A stretch of 64,000 bases of DNA from Candidatus Poribacteria bacterium. Lineage in GTDB: Bacteria; Poribacteria; WGA-4E; JAJDTR01. The notes under the pieces were generated by a model. The model was not told where the DNA came from. It saw only the letters and a program-made list of their open reading frames with translations, and searched no databases. Positions 9,038 to 19,478 of the stretch are shown piece by piece. The DNA is taken from NCBI GenBank assembly GCA_965222225.1, contig CBDCTK010000002.1, positions 384,001 to 448,000 of the forward strand. The letters run 5' to 3'. A program made the translations under genes and the position numbers. Position 1 is the stretch's first letter. Each line of letters opens with the position of its first letter.

Positions 9038-10546
9038 ATGAAACAGTATGATTTAACAATTATCGGTGGCGGGAGTGCCGGGCTTGTATTGGCTGTTGCT
9101 AGCGCCAAATTAGGCAAAACGACCGCTCTCGTTGAGAAACATCGCCTAGGTGGGGATTGCCTATGGACCGGCTGTGTGCCATCGAAAGCAATCCTCAAAG
9201 CGGCAAAGGTTGCGAATTATGTGAAAGAAGCAGGAAGATACGGAATCCGAGTGAACGACGCCCAAGTAGATTTTGAACGGGTAATGGCGCATGTCACCTC
9301 CGCACAGGACACTATCGAAAAAAAGCATGACAATCCAGAACGCTTCCGAGAGATGGGCGTGGATGTCATCTTCGGCCATGGACATTTCGATTCCCTACGC
9401 ACGTTTATAGTAGAAGATCAAGAAGAAGCGCAAATGAGGACGCTCAAGAGCAAGAAATTTGTGATTGCGACAGGCTCGCGCCCCGCAATTCCAGCGATTC
9501 CCGGACTTGAATCTAGCGGTTATCTTCACAGCGAAAATGTGTGGCATTTGAAGGAACTCCCCTCAAGACTTTTGGTGGTAGGCGCGGGTCCCATTGGAAT
9601 CGAGTTGGGACAGGCATTTCATCGCCTCGGTACAGAAGTTATCATTGCCCAACGAAGCAATCGAATCTTGCCTAAAGAGGAACCTGAAGTTTCTAATAGA
9701 ATGTTGAACTACCTCAGAGAGGAAGGCATCACGATTCTTCCGGACACACGTCTGCTCAATGTCAACAATCACGAGCGAAGCCTAATAAGTGACGGCGGTC
9801 ATAATGGACCGCGCTTGGGACACTACTCTGCCAACCTTGATATCGCCGGTGAAGAATGCAGCTTGGATGTAGATCAGATTCTGATGGCGGTCGGTCGACG
9901 ACCAAATATTGAGGGATTAGGACTTAATGAGATAGGCGTCGAGGCTGAGCCCAGTGGGATATGCGTTAATAAAAGACTACAAACTACGGTAAGCAACATC
10001 TATGCTGCTGGTGATGTGATTGGACATTACCTTTTTACGCATGTTGCGGCGTTTCAAGCAGCACAGATTGTCCGCAATATGTTCTTCCCCGGCTCTAACG
10101 CAATAGACTATTCTGTTGTACCTTGGACGACTTTCTGTGATCCGGAAGTCGCTCGGTGCGGAATGACCGAAGCGGAAGCCCGAGACAAACATGGGGAGGT
10201 TGACGTTTTCATCGTTGATTTACGGGATGTTGATCGTGCTGTCGCGGAGGGCGAAACCAAGGGTTTTGTAAAGGTAATTGCCACGAAGTGGACCGGCAAG
10301 ATTCTTGGCGCCCATCTCGTTTGCCCGGCGGCGGGAGAGGTCATCCACGAGTTCGTTCTCGCCATGAAGCAAGGAATCCCGCTGCGTAAGTTAAGCGGCG
10401 TGATCCATGTCTATCCGACGTTCTCAAACATTGTTTGGCGCGTAGCCGGAAAGTGGTTGACGGAGGGCAAACTAATTCAAACGCTGCGGGGTGTCCTAAG
10501 TAAAACGGAAGGAGATAAGGATAAAGAAAGACGTGAGTTGCGATAA
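9038..10546 (+). CDS. Pyridine nucleotide-disulfide oxidoreductase (LpdA/MerA-like family)
   Basis: GGGSAG, GGDCLWTGCVPSK, GAGPIG, AAGDV, HVYPT; no C-terminal Cys-Cys. Confidence 0.85.
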   Translation: MKQYDLTIIGGGSAGLVLAVASAKLGKTTALVEKHRLGGDCLWTGCVPSKAILKAAKVANYVKEAGRYGIRVNDAQVDFERVMAHVTSAQDTIEKKHDNPERFREMGVDVIFGHGHFDSLRTFIVEDQEEAQMRTLKSKKFVIATGSRPAIPAIPGLESSGYLHSENVWHLKELPSRLLVVGAGPIGIELGQAFHRLGTEVIIAQRSNRILPKEEPEVSNRMLNYLREEGITILPDTRLLNVNNHERSLISDGGHNGPRLGHYSANLDIAGEECSLDVDQILMAVGRRPNIEGLGLNEIGVEAEPSGICVNKRLQTTVSNIYAAGDVIGHYLFTHVAAFQAAQIVRNMFFPGSNAIDYSVVPWTTFCDPEVARCGMTEAEARDKHGEVDVFIVDLRDVDRAVAEGETKGFVKVIATKWTGKILGAHLVCPAAGEVIHEFVLAMKQGIPLRKLSGVIHVYPTFSNIVWRVAGKWLTEGKLIQTLRGVLSKTEGDKDKERRELR

Positions 10547-10625
10547 GCGTAACACTCCTTGTTGATTTCAACATCTCTTTCACGGAATAATCTCGACGTT
10601 GTGAAACACTCCTAGCATTTTTTTA

Positions 10626-10654
10626 TTGACGAGACATTGATTGTGTGTTACGCT
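10626..10654 (+). promoter_or_regulatory. Sigma70-type promoter upstream of OmpA-family gene
   Basis: TTGACG-N17-TACGCT with extended -10 TG. Confidence 0.5.
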
Positions 10655-10838
10655 AAGAGCAAAGTGGTAATTGACTTTGAAAGTCCTGTTCAGCAAAGGT
10701 ACAATCTTGGTTACTTGCTGGCTATATTAAACTTTTTGTGGTATGGACTAGCGATTTGTGCTAAAATAAGGGTATAAACAAATAGAGCGTCAGGACGTTT
10801 ATCAAGATATATTTTAACCTTATCTTTAGGAGGGAACC

Positions 10839-11711
10839 ATGAGAAACATGACTGTGGTGGTAGTTGTTAGCGTTTTTGTTTTTGGTGCTATTCTAAGCGG
10901 ATGCGGCAAACTCAGTACCGACGAGTTCGAGGGCTGGAAAAGCGATTACGTCGCGACAAATGACCAAGCGTTCGCTGACCTTGATGGTAGAGCTTCCAAG
11001 TTGGAGGGTGGACTTGAACAGCAGAAGGCGGACCTAGGCAAAGCAATTGAGGATGCGCGGGATGATGCTATAGCTGCATCTCAACTCGGAGACGCGGACA
11101 CCATCAAGAGATCGGAAGAGTTTGCGAAGGGTGGGGATGCCAAGCTTCGAGATGAACTGATGCAAGCTGTAAATGCTGCTGGCGAAAGCGCGCAGAGTTT
11201 TGCCAAGTCTGAGGACGATAAACTGCGTCAAAGCATCAGCGGTGTTGAGGAACAAGCAAGTTCAACCGCGCAAAGTGTGTCAAATCTTAAAAGTGACCTG
11301 ATGGCGGCAAAGAAAGAATTGGAAGAAGCGATGGCTGCTAAGGCAATGAGCGCGGCTATAGTCCAATTTGCCAGCGGAAAAACCAGCTTGAGTAATGAGG
11401 CTAAGGGCGAGCTTAACAAAGCGGCGGCAGCAATCAGACAACACCCGTATGCCGTGGTTGTCGTTTCCGGCCATGCGGACGGTACTCCAGTGTTGAGCGG
11501 AAAACATCGTAGTAACTGGGATCTTTCTCAGGCACGTGCCAATGCCGTGGCCACATACCTCAAGGAAAATGGCGTAACGAACGACATTAAAACTCTTGCC
11601 CGCGGGCATACCATGCCGGTTGCTAATGTGAATACGAGAGACGGGCGCGCCGCAAACCGACGTGCTGACGTAGTTGTCTATCCTCCCGGCACTATGCCTG
11701 CCGGAATGTAG
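10839..11711 (+). CDS. Lipoprotein with long coiled-coil and C-terminal OmpA/MotB peptidoglycan-binding domain
   Basis: LSGC lipobox; Ala/Glu/Lys-rich helical region; GHADG..SNWDLSQARA..NRR motif; AGGAGG RBS. Confidence 0.85.
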   Translation: MRNMTVVVVVSVFVFGAILSGCGKLSTDEFEGWKSDYVATNDQAFADLDGRASKLEGGLEQQKADLGKAIEDARDDAIAASQLGDADTIKRSEEFAKGGDAKLRDELMQAVNAAGESAQSFAKSEDDKLRQSISGVEEQASSTAQSVSNLKSDLMAAKKELEEAMAAKAMSAAIVQFASGKTSLSNEAKGELNKAAAAIRQHPYAVVVVSGHADGTPVLSGKHRSNWDLSQARANAVATYLKENGVTNDIKTLARGHTMPVANVNTRDGRAANRRADVVVYPPGTMPAGM

Positions 11712-11736
11712 AACTTGATTCACTGCTATGTGAGGT

Positions 11737-11775
11737 AAATTGGGAAGCGTTGTTCTTCCTAATTTCCCTTTTTTT
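11737..11775 (+). terminator. Probable intrinsic terminator
   Basis: AAATTGGGAAG / CTTCCTAATTT stem followed by a T7 run, just after the OmpA gene. Confidence 0.6.
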
Positions 11776-12113
11776 GTCAACTTGTTGGGACTTCTGAATG
11801 AAGCTTTAAAGGCATGAGACTGAGTAATTGGGAAGTTTATCTGATTTCCAACAGCACCACACCATCGCTAAAACATCGACTTTCGAACATACCAATTGTT
11901 CCATTGTGACTGTCTCATTTTAGCTTCAACTTAATTCATATGTTGTAGATTTGATACTGTGGCGGGACGATCGTGCCAATATTCGGTGGATAGTCATAGA
12001 TAGGAACTTTTCATCTCGTTCGGGGTATTATCTACAGGAAAGAATAGGTTTCGCGTCGTGTTGGATTCGATGTGAATCCCAGGAGATGTCAAGGATTTTG
12101 AAGTGACAATGCT

Positions 12114-12129
12114 TTGGCACGTAAATTGC
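12114..12129 (+). promoter_or_regulatory. Sigma54 (-24/-12) promoter
   Basis: TTGGCACG-TAAA-TTGC matches the TGGCACG-N4-TTGC consensus, 60 bp upstream of ATG 12189. Confidence 0.7.
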
Positions 12130-12188
12130 CCGAATCTGTACCGTAAAGTCGTCGGTCACGAAATCACTCAAACTGCAAGGAGGGCAAA

Positions 12189-12887
12189 ATGAAAAGGTTA
12201 AAATCTCATTTCGGCATTTCTCTGACGATTTGCCTGATCGCCGGGTTAACCGCTATTAGCAACGCGCAAATTGAAAGTCTGAAGTTTGAATTATTCGGTG
12301 TTGTCAGTAGTGATGATGAACGACAGATTAGGCGGCGGTTGGAACTGTGGGCAGAACCCGACGAAGTGACCTTCCATACACCTGTTGATAAAAACGGACG
12401 GAAGCGACTGTTTAGCACCCTTATTAAGATTAAACCGAGAACCGACGACAAATACTCTGAATCACATACGCTTGACACCTACCAAATCCTTCAGCAGTTG
12501 AAAGATCAACGCTTTCGAGGGCGCCCGGCGGCCAGCCAACCGTGGATTGTCAAGTCTGAAGTTAAAATAAATGGGGAAGTCTTCGCACATCCCGGTTGGG
12601 CACGTAGCTACATCCGTAATGTTCCGTTTTGGAGGCATTGGAGAGCCCAAACATCGGTAATCAATCATGCAATGATAGCAGGAACGTGGGACCAGAAGGT
12701 TGTTTTTAGCGACAATGAGAAATTTGACCAGCTTCGGCAAGACGCTGCCAAGACCGATCGAGAAGTCAAAGTGAAGGGTGTAATCGCCGGCTTTGATGGT
12801 CCGTATCCAGTTGTGTCAGTACGTAGCTATCGCTTTGAGCAAAAGGCTAAAACGAATAAAACGAAAAAGAATAAACCGACAAAATAG
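12189..12887 (+). CDS. Hypothetical secreted protein
   Basis: AAGGAGG RBS; signal peptide; basic C-terminal tail. Confidence 0.7.
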   Translation: MKRLKSHFGISLTICLIAGLTAISNAQIESLKFELFGVVSSDDERQIRRRLELWAEPDEVTFHTPVDKNGRKRLFSTLIKIKPRTDDKYSESHTLDTYQILQQLKDQRFRGRPAASQPWIVKSEVKINGEVFAHPGWARSYIRNVPFWRHWRAQTSVINHAMIAGTWDQKVVFSDNEKFDQLRQDAAKTDREVKVKGVIAGFDGPYPVVSVRSYRFEQKAKTNKTKKNKPTK

Positions 12888-13170
12888 TCTGCTGGAGAGG
12901 ATCCATCTAACGATCAATCGGCGCAGCCCCCTAGCAAGAAGCGGAACCAGTAGGTATTCTCCTTTTTCTTTGCCTGGACTACACGTACCGAATGACTAGG
13001 AACCTGAGGGTCGCTGACTCATAGAATCAACCCGGACAAGAATGGTGATTTTAATCAAACTTGTGTTGTCCTTGTAGTTATCTGCGGCATGATTGTATCA
13101 GATGTTTATTCATACGTGCCTGATAACGAATAGGTCAAATCTATCAAGTTGCTCAATAGTAGTCCAACGC

Positions 13171-13208
13171 AAAACGAGCCCCAAGAAACTTATTGGGGCT
13201 CGTTTTTT
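13171..13208. terminator. Bidirectional intrinsic terminator
   Basis: AAAACGAGCCCCAA-loop-TTGGGGCTCGTTTTTT between convergent genes. Confidence 0.8.
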
Positions 13209-13230
13209 GATTTGGATGTCGATACCTGAT

Positions 13231-13701
13231 TTAGTTTAGGTGATCTAGTTCGTCTAGGACCTCCGCTACAGCCAGCGTGTTATCCGGCGGCGCATCTTCG
13301 ACGTGCGAAAAAGCCACCTTGCCATCTCTATCTATGACTATCACACCGCGGTTTGTGATTCCTACCTCCTCAAGCGCCATCCCGAATTTCTTCGATACTT
13401 CAAGATTCATGTCCGCTAATAGCGGAAAATCCACGCCGCCGAGGTGTTCACACCAAGCTTTGTGAGCGAATGCCGAATCACGGTTGATGGCAATAATCTC
13501 AGCGTTTTTTGCTCGAATTTCGTCAACCTTCTCGTTGAAATCGGGAATCTGAACTGAGCACACCGGGGAGAAATCCAGTGGATAGAAAACGACGACCAGA
13601 TTCTTGCCTTCAAAGTCCTTCAAAGACACCTCGGTATCTTCTTGACCAAGGGATCCGGCGAGTGTAAAATCCGGAGCATCACTTCCGACTTCCAATGCCA
13701 T
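13231..13701 (-). CDS. Peroxiredoxin (AhpC/TSA family, AhpE-like)
   Basis: APDFTL, FYPLDFSPVC, FPLLAD, RGVIVIDRDG; AGGAGG RBS. Confidence 0.9.
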   Translation of the reverse strand: MALEVGSDAPDFTLAGSLGQEDTEVSLKDFEGKNLVVVFYPLDFSPVCSVQIPDFNEKVDEIRAKNAEIIAINRDSAFAHKAWCEHLGGVDFPLLADMNLEVSKKFGMALEEVGITNRGVIVIDRDGKVAFSHVEDAPPDNTLAVAEVLDELDHLN

Positions 13702-13865
13702 TTATTACAACCTCCTAATATTGTGGTGCAGGGATTGTGGGTATTTATTACGCCTTAAAGTCATTCCTGCTTCAGGTCAAATTCTATCATAAGGTAAAAC
13801 GAGTGTCAACGAAATCTCAAATTTCCTGTTTCCCAAATCTTTCGGTTGAGACTTAAATAATCTAG

Positions 13866-13899
13866 GTAGCCACTTAACAAGAGTAGCCACTTAACAAGA
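13866..13899. repeat. Perfect 17-bp tandem duplication GTAGCCACTTAACAAGA x2
   Basis: Read directly from the sequence. Confidence 0.85.
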
Positions 13900-14351
13900 A
13901 ATTGAGGGATTTTCAGAATTTTTGCATATTGTATTGCGTTCTATTTATTAACCTCACTCGGCTTGGACAAATATATCCGTACACATGCAATGATTGAGTT
14001 TGCTCGCATCTCTCGGTTTGCAGACGTTCCTATAAAATAACTCCGTTGCCGCAGGTGTGCTTGGCTCAATAGCTGAAACGCACTCTTGACACCATGTAGC
14101 TTCTATGTTAGAATTTCGGAGTATGTAGAAACTGTTTTTTAGTTGCAACTCGGTTCTGATTTTTGCTAAAAACTTCATCGCGATTTCCGTCGTGAGGTAG
14201 TAAAAGCACATAATAATGAGTAACTGATCCAACTACGGCTAGTCGCCAAAAGCGATGTAACGAACATCAGCTTGTGCATCGGTCATTGAGTTGGAGGATC
14301 CTTGGTTTTGTGGTACGTGTGTATCATACCATCGCAGCTTAGGAGATTGTA

Positions 14352-15974
14352 ATGCGAGCAAACGATGCAGTTGCGAAAATATTGAAGCTTGAAGGAGTCG
14401 AATATCTGTTCTGTTTTCCTGCAAATGATCTCATTGAGGCTTGCGCAAGGGTTGACATCCGACCGATTATGGCGCGGACGGAGCGCACGTTAATCAATAT
14501 GGCTCATGGCTATAGCCTTGTTTCCAACGGCAAGCGCCTTGGAGTTGGTTGTGTGCAAGGCGGGCCGGGAAGCGAAAATGCTTTCGCAGGCGTCGCGCAT
14601 GCTTTTGCGGATTCTGCACCCGTTCTCATGCTACCGGGCGGAATTTCCCAATCGGAACGGAGCATTCCTACGGGGTTTGAGGCAGTCAGGCACTACGGTG
14701 GAATTACAAAGTGGGTGGCGGAAGTCAACATGGCGAAACGCATCCCGAGTATGATGCATCGGGCATTCCACCTGCTTCGATCCGGACAGCCGGGCCCCGT
14801 GATGCTTGAGTTTCCGGGTGATGTCGTAGGCGACGAGGTAGACGATGATTTCGAGTATAAGTCGCCAAAATCGGCTAAACCTGCGGCGAATCCGGACGAT
14901 ATTACGGCAGCAGTCAAAGCGCTGCTCGCAGCCGAGAATCCCTTGCTTCACGTTGGACAGGGAGTGCTTTATGCGGAAGCAACAGATGAACTCATTGAGT
15001 TCGCCGAACTGCTTCAGCTTCCTGTCATGACTACGATGCCTGGCAAGAGCGCATTTCCGGAGAATCATCCGCTATCGATCGGTTCGAGTGGCTACAAAGG
15101 TGTGAAAAGGGTCGCGCCATTCCTTAACAGAGCCGATCTCGTCTTCGGGCTTGGATCCGGATTCTCTACACAGGTGATGTCCACAAACATTCCACCTGGA
15201 AAAGTCCTTATTCAGAACTCTATCAGCGAAATCGACATTAGCAAGGAATACTTTATCGACTACCCAATCCTCGGAGATGCGAAGCTAGTGTTACGTCAAC
15301 TTATTGACGAAGTCAAAAAGCAAGGCGGGGGGGGAAAAGGTAACCCCGAGCTCGTCCAAGAAATCAAAACTGTCAAGGACGAATGGCTGGCGAAGTGGAT
15401 GCCGAAGCTTACATCGGGCGAAATGCCGATCAATCCCTATCGGGTGATTTGGGATTTGATGAACACGGTCGATCGCACAAAGACGATGGTTACGCACGAC
15501 TCGGGGAATCCGCGCGATCAGATGATGCCGTTTTACCAATCAATTATTCCACACGGATACATTGGTTGGGGGAAATCGACCCAATTGGGCTTTGGCTTAG
15601 GCTTAATCATGGGGGCGAAACTTGCCGCACCGCAAAACCTGGCTGTCAACATAATGGGCGATGCAGCGTTTGGTATGGCGGGCATGGACTTTGAGACAGC
15701 TGCACGGGAACGCATCCCAATTCTGACAATTATTCTCAACAACTCCGCGCTCGGCAACTATAAATACGGTATGCCAGTTTCTACAGAACGATACGGTACG
15801 CCATTCCTTTCCGGTGATTACGCGAAGGTCGCTGAAGGTTTGGGAGGCTATAGCGAGCGGGTCGAAGACCCGGCCGAGATTATCCCGGCAATCAATCGGG
15901 CACAGAAAGAGATGGAAGCCGAAAAGCCCGCACTGCTTGAGATAATCACGCGGGAGGAAGGGGAATTCTCCTAA
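14352..15974 (+). CDS. Thiamine-diphosphate-dependent enzyme (acetolactate synthase superfamily)
   Basis: RTER (catalytic Glu region), GGPGSEN, PGPV, GDAAFGM...NN ThDP-binding motif. Confidence 0.88.
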   Translation: MRANDAVAKILKLEGVEYLFCFPANDLIEACARVDIRPIMARTERTLINMAHGYSLVSNGKRLGVGCVQGGPGSENAFAGVAHAFADSAPVLMLPGGISQSERSIPTGFEAVRHYGGITKWVAEVNMAKRIPSMMHRAFHLLRSGQPGPVMLEFPGDVVGDEVDDDFEYKSPKSAKPAANPDDITAAVKALLAAENPLLHVGQGVLYAEATDELIEFAELLQLPVMTTMPGKSAFPENHPLSIGSSGYKGVKRVAPFLNRADLVFGLGSGFSTQVMSTNIPPGKVLIQNSISEIDISKEYFIDYPILGDAKLVLRQLIDEVKKQGGGGKGNPELVQEIKTVKDEWLAKWMPKLTSGEMPINPYRVIWDLMNTVDRTKTMVTHDSGNPRDQMMPFYQSIIPHGYIGWGKSTQLGFGLGLIMGAKLAAPQNLAVNIMGDAAFGMAGMDFETAARERIPILTIILNNSALGNYKYGMPVSTERYGTPFLSGDYAKVAEGLGGYSERVEDPAEIIPAINRAQKEMEAEKPALLEIITREEGEFS

Positions 15975-16209
15975 GAACCGGTCCACAGTACATCATGAGG
16001 CAACTCTCTGGTAATGATAGCGATGTCATGACAGTGGCAGCCATCATTACCAACCTGTCCTGTCCCTGCATCAAACTTTGTCAATCACCCTATCGCGGCT
16101 ATCAGCCACCCCACTCAAAGTAGACAGATAAATCGATTCGACCGGTTTGCACTGGAATCCTACCCAAGATCCTGATTGTTAGGATGAGGAAGAGAAAGGA
16201 AGATCAAGA

Positions 16210-16704
16210 GTGAGAAGGCTGACGATGCTCTTTCTTGTTGGAGCAAGTTTTTTCCACAGCGGCTGCGCCGAGCGCGCTTCTATAAAACCGCCTGACGCGG
16301 CAGTAGCACATTTCAACTGGGGGGTCGACTACGCTAGTCGAGGCGATCTGGATCAGGCAATTACTGAATTCAAAATCGCCATCAAACGAGACGTGAGGTG
16401 GGCGAAACCTTACTACAATCTGGGCGTAGCGTACAGCCGGCAAGGGAAATGGAATCATGCGATTGTTACCTGGAAAAAGACTGTCTACATTGACCCCAAA
16501 TATGCCAATGCACATTACAACCTTGCACGTGCCTACGCACGCGGAAATCAGCGCGACCTATCAATAACACACCTGTCAATAACACACCTGCGTGAGGCGG
16601 TCTCTCTGGATGAAAAGCTTTCTGAAGCGATGCAAACCGACGAAAATTTTAATCAAATTCGTCAAAGCCAAGAATTCAAGGAGTTCCTCCGTTCGATTCA
16701 CTAG
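16210..16704 (+). CDS. TPR-repeat lipoprotein
   Basis: HSGC lipobox; three TPRs (AHFNWG, PYYNLG, AHYNLA); 15-bp duplication giving LSITHLSITHL. Confidence 0.8.
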   Translation: MRRLTMLFLVGASFFHSGCAERASIKPPDAAVAHFNWGVDYASRGDLDQAITEFKIAIKRDVRWAKPYYNLGVAYSRQGKWNHAIVTWKKTVYIDPKYANAHYNLARAYARGNQRDLSITHLSITHLREAVSLDEKLSEAMQTDENFNQIRQSQEFKEFLRSIH

Positions 16705-16724
16705 ATCGGGTTTTTTAGCGCCTA

Positions 16725-19478
16725 ATGTTTGAGAGAAAGAGTCCGATGAATCCCAATCAGCCTTTAAAGGTTGCGATTTCAATCCTCACAGTCTGTCTGA
16801 TGCTGCATGTTTATGTTCAGGCAGGTGAAGCACAAACGGAATCCGCCAAGAATCAGGGCAAGCAGTTAATTGACGATTTTGCGCAGCGTGCAACCGCGAC
16901 TCTTAATGGACAGGTCAACTGGGAAAATATGGATCTCTCCCAGACAACCGTACAGGTGTACAGAGACAAGACATTGACCGAATTATACACAGGTGTTACC
17001 AAAATTGAAGGCGGGCCCTTTTCCATAAAGGTTGAACCGGGCAGCTATTATGTTGTAGCTTTCGTTGACGTAAACAGGTCAGGGAAATTCGACGATGGCG
17101 ACGGTATGGGAATCTTGGGAATTGAGGATTGGCGTAATTCGGGTCAACAAAAGCAGTTGCTCAAGGTTGGTCCGCAACAGACTATTTCTGGGTTGATGAT
17201 TCTTGTGACGGCGAGAAATCAAAGGGGTAAGGTCGTTAGTGCTCAGCAATATCGGCCGGATGCAATTGACCAATTTAAGTCAGAACTTGAGAAAACCTCT
17301 TCCGGTGTAAAAGGAAGTATCAGTTATGCCACTCGTGCTTCTCTTGAAAATACCTCTGTACGCGCCTATACAGATCTTTCTTGGAAATACCTGGCAACCC
17401 AAACCGGGATAGAGGGTGATGGAAGTTTTACCCTCAATTTGAAGCCCGGGAAATATTACTTGATGGTCGTTATTGATTGGAACGATTCAAATCTTATTGA
17501 TCACGGGGATTGGCTGGGTATCCACGGAATTAACAATCTACAAAGTCGGAAGGCGTTTCCCGAACCCATTTTAGTCACCGCCAATAAATTCACGAAAGAC
17601 GTTCAAATTCAGATTTCAGGAAAGCAGCTTGAAAGTGGTCGAGTCGTCCCACTCGTTGACGCCGATTCTGCTTCGACTCCCTTGGACGATAAAATCGTTG
17701 AAGTCTCGGGTACAGTCGTATGGCGGGGGCATAATCTTGATGGATGTGTTTTACAGGTCTATGTGGACCCGACCTTGATACGACCTGTTCAGCAAGTGGA
17801 AGTTGAGGCGGATGGTAACTTCAGATTTCAACTGCGTCCGGGAGATTACTATATGATAGCCAGTGTAGACGCGGACGGGAATGGTCAATATGGTTCTAGT
17901 GACGGAGTTGGTGGTTACGGTACGTTGGACATGACAACTAGACCACCTACGGCACTCACGCTTACAAGTGGCGAAAATGCCAAGATTGAAATTGTGGTGA
18001 GTGCGCAATATGATGTAGATGGTCAACTTCAACCAACCGAATCGAAACATAGAATTTCGCAGTCAAGCAACGCCGAGACAGGTATATCCGGACGTATCGT
18101 GTGGGATGGCAAGAAATTCAAAGGAGGGATTCTGTCGCTTTCCAATATGCCGACGTTTAGCTCTGTTATTCCGATAGCTCTCAACTTGGAAGACGACGGT
18201 CGGTATAAAGTGGCAGTTCCTCCGGGCGATTATTACGTGACGGTAGCCGTTGATGTTGACGCGGATGGGCAAACAGGTCTAAGGGATGGAGTTGGTGTCT
18301 ACGGAACACGTCAACCTGTTCGCGGTACGCCACAATTGGTTTCCGTGTTTAATGATTATGTTACGCCCCATATTGACATTGAGATATTCGCAATGTACAT
18401 TGATTCGGAAGGCAACATCGCCGAATTTGAGGATGGTCACAGGTCCGAGATAAAATACCAACATGGGGACCCGGAAGACATATTTCAGTTCACGCGTTTC
18501 GGACGCGAGTTCGAGGAGTGGTGGTATTGGACGCAAGGACATCATTTCACGTTTTCCCTGACTCCCTCCGGTTGGAAATTGCAGGACCAACAGGAGTTTG
18601 AACCAAAGGTAAGCCTACAGCAACTCGCGCAAGCGCAACATCAGTTTGAGAGCGCGGGATGGCATTCTGATACGGATAATGCCTTGGAGTCAACCTTACT
18701 AAATGCCGCATTTTATTATAGCTACGATGGAATCATCTGGGAATATCACCCAATGGGCGCGTTACAACCTGTGGGTGCAGGGAGTTACCCGACCGTTGCT
18801 CAGAATGGACGACTCGTCTACTTGGATACAGAAGGAAATGTGCTTGGCCGAGATGCTGGTTCTCAAGACTCAAAACTTCTCTTGAGTCGCCAGGAACTGG
18901 CAAAGGAAGTTGTAATTTCTCCGTCAGGGGAGTACATCGGATTCACGCAGCAGCAAATCGATCGACAGCGAATCTTCATCCGACATTTGCCGTCAAATAG
19001 CGAATTTCTTCTTCCTTCTACGGCACGAGAAATGGGCTCGCCGAGGTGGAGCAGCAATGAAGAAATCCTGGCATATAGTACACGCGGAAGTATTGAAAAC
19101 GTGGGTAATCGAACAGGTCGAAACATCTACGCGTATGATCGAATCAACGAACGCATAGAACCGGTTGTAATTAGTAATGAAGATGATGCCGATCCCGCAT
19201 GGTCACCATCAGATGCTAATCTCATTGCGTTCTCGCGTGCCGAAGGAGGACATCGTCAAATCTGGCTCATTAAGTTCAATAGGGAAGGCGAACCGTCAGA
19301 GAATCAACTTACCCGGTACGGGGGCGAAAACCCGGTCTGGCTCCCGGACGGTTCAATAATCCTTTACGAAAGCAACGGTCAACTGTGGTTAATTTCGCGC
19401 GATGGAAGCGATAGCCGACCCGTTATTCATGAAGGCCAACTACTGTATGGCAATGAGCCATACGTTGTTCCCCAATGA
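16725..19478 (+). CDS. Large secreted protein: four beta-sandwich repeats with Dx[DN]x[DN]G-type loops plus C-terminal TolB/PD40 beta-propeller
   Basis: Four repeats of G.F...(V/L).PG.YY..(A/V)..D.(D/N)..G....GD..G..G; ISPSG, PRWS, PAWSP, PVWLPDG propeller blades. Confidence 0.75.
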   Translation: MFERKSPMNPNQPLKVAISILTVCLMLHVYVQAGEAQTESAKNQGKQLIDDFAQRATATLNGQVNWENMDLSQTTVQVYRDKTLTELYTGVTKIEGGPFSIKVEPGSYYVVAFVDVNRSGKFDDGDGMGILGIEDWRNSGQQKQLLKVGPQQTISGLMILVTARNQRGKVVSAQQYRPDAIDQFKSELEKTSSGVKGSISYATRASLENTSVRAYTDLSWKYLATQTGIEGDGSFTLNLKPGKYYLMVVIDWNDSNLIDHGDWLGIHGINNLQSRKAFPEPILVTANKFTKDVQIQISGKQLESGRVVPLVDADSASTPLDDKIVEVSGTVVWRGHNLDGCVLQVYVDPTLIRPVQQVEVEADGNFRFQLRPGDYYMIASVDADGNGQYGSSDGVGGYGTLDMTTRPPTALTLTSGENAKIEIVVSAQYDVDGQLQPTESKHRISQSSNAETGISGRIVWDGKKFKGGILSLSNMPTFSSVIPIALNLEDDGRYKVAVPPGDYYVTVAVDVDADGQTGLRDGVGVYGTRQPVRGTPQLVSVFNDYVTPHIDIEIFAMYIDSEGNIAEFEDGHRSEIKYQHGDPEDIFQFTRFGREFEEWWYWTQGHHFTFSLTPSGWKLQDQQEFEPKVSLQQLAQAQHQFESAGWHSDTDNALESTLLNAAFYYSYDGIIWEYHPMGALQPVGAGSYPTVAQNGRLVYLDTEGNVLGRDAGSQDSKLLLSRQELAKEVVISPSGEYIGFTQQQIDRQRIFIRHLPSNSEFLLPSTAREMGSPRWSSNEEILAYSTRGSIENVGNRTGRNIYAYDRINERIEPVVISNEDDADPAWSPSDANLIAFSRAEGGHRQIWLIKFNREGEPSENQLTRYGGENPVWLPDGSIILYESNGQLWLISRDGSDSRPVIHEGQLLYGNEPYVVPQ

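Noticed and set aside
9038-10546. Mercuric reductase merA
   Set aside because: No C-terminal Cys-Cys pair, no N-terminal HMA domain and no mer operon
13954-14232. 92-aa minus-strand ORF
   Set aside because: TTG start without RBS, AT-rich, no recognisable domain
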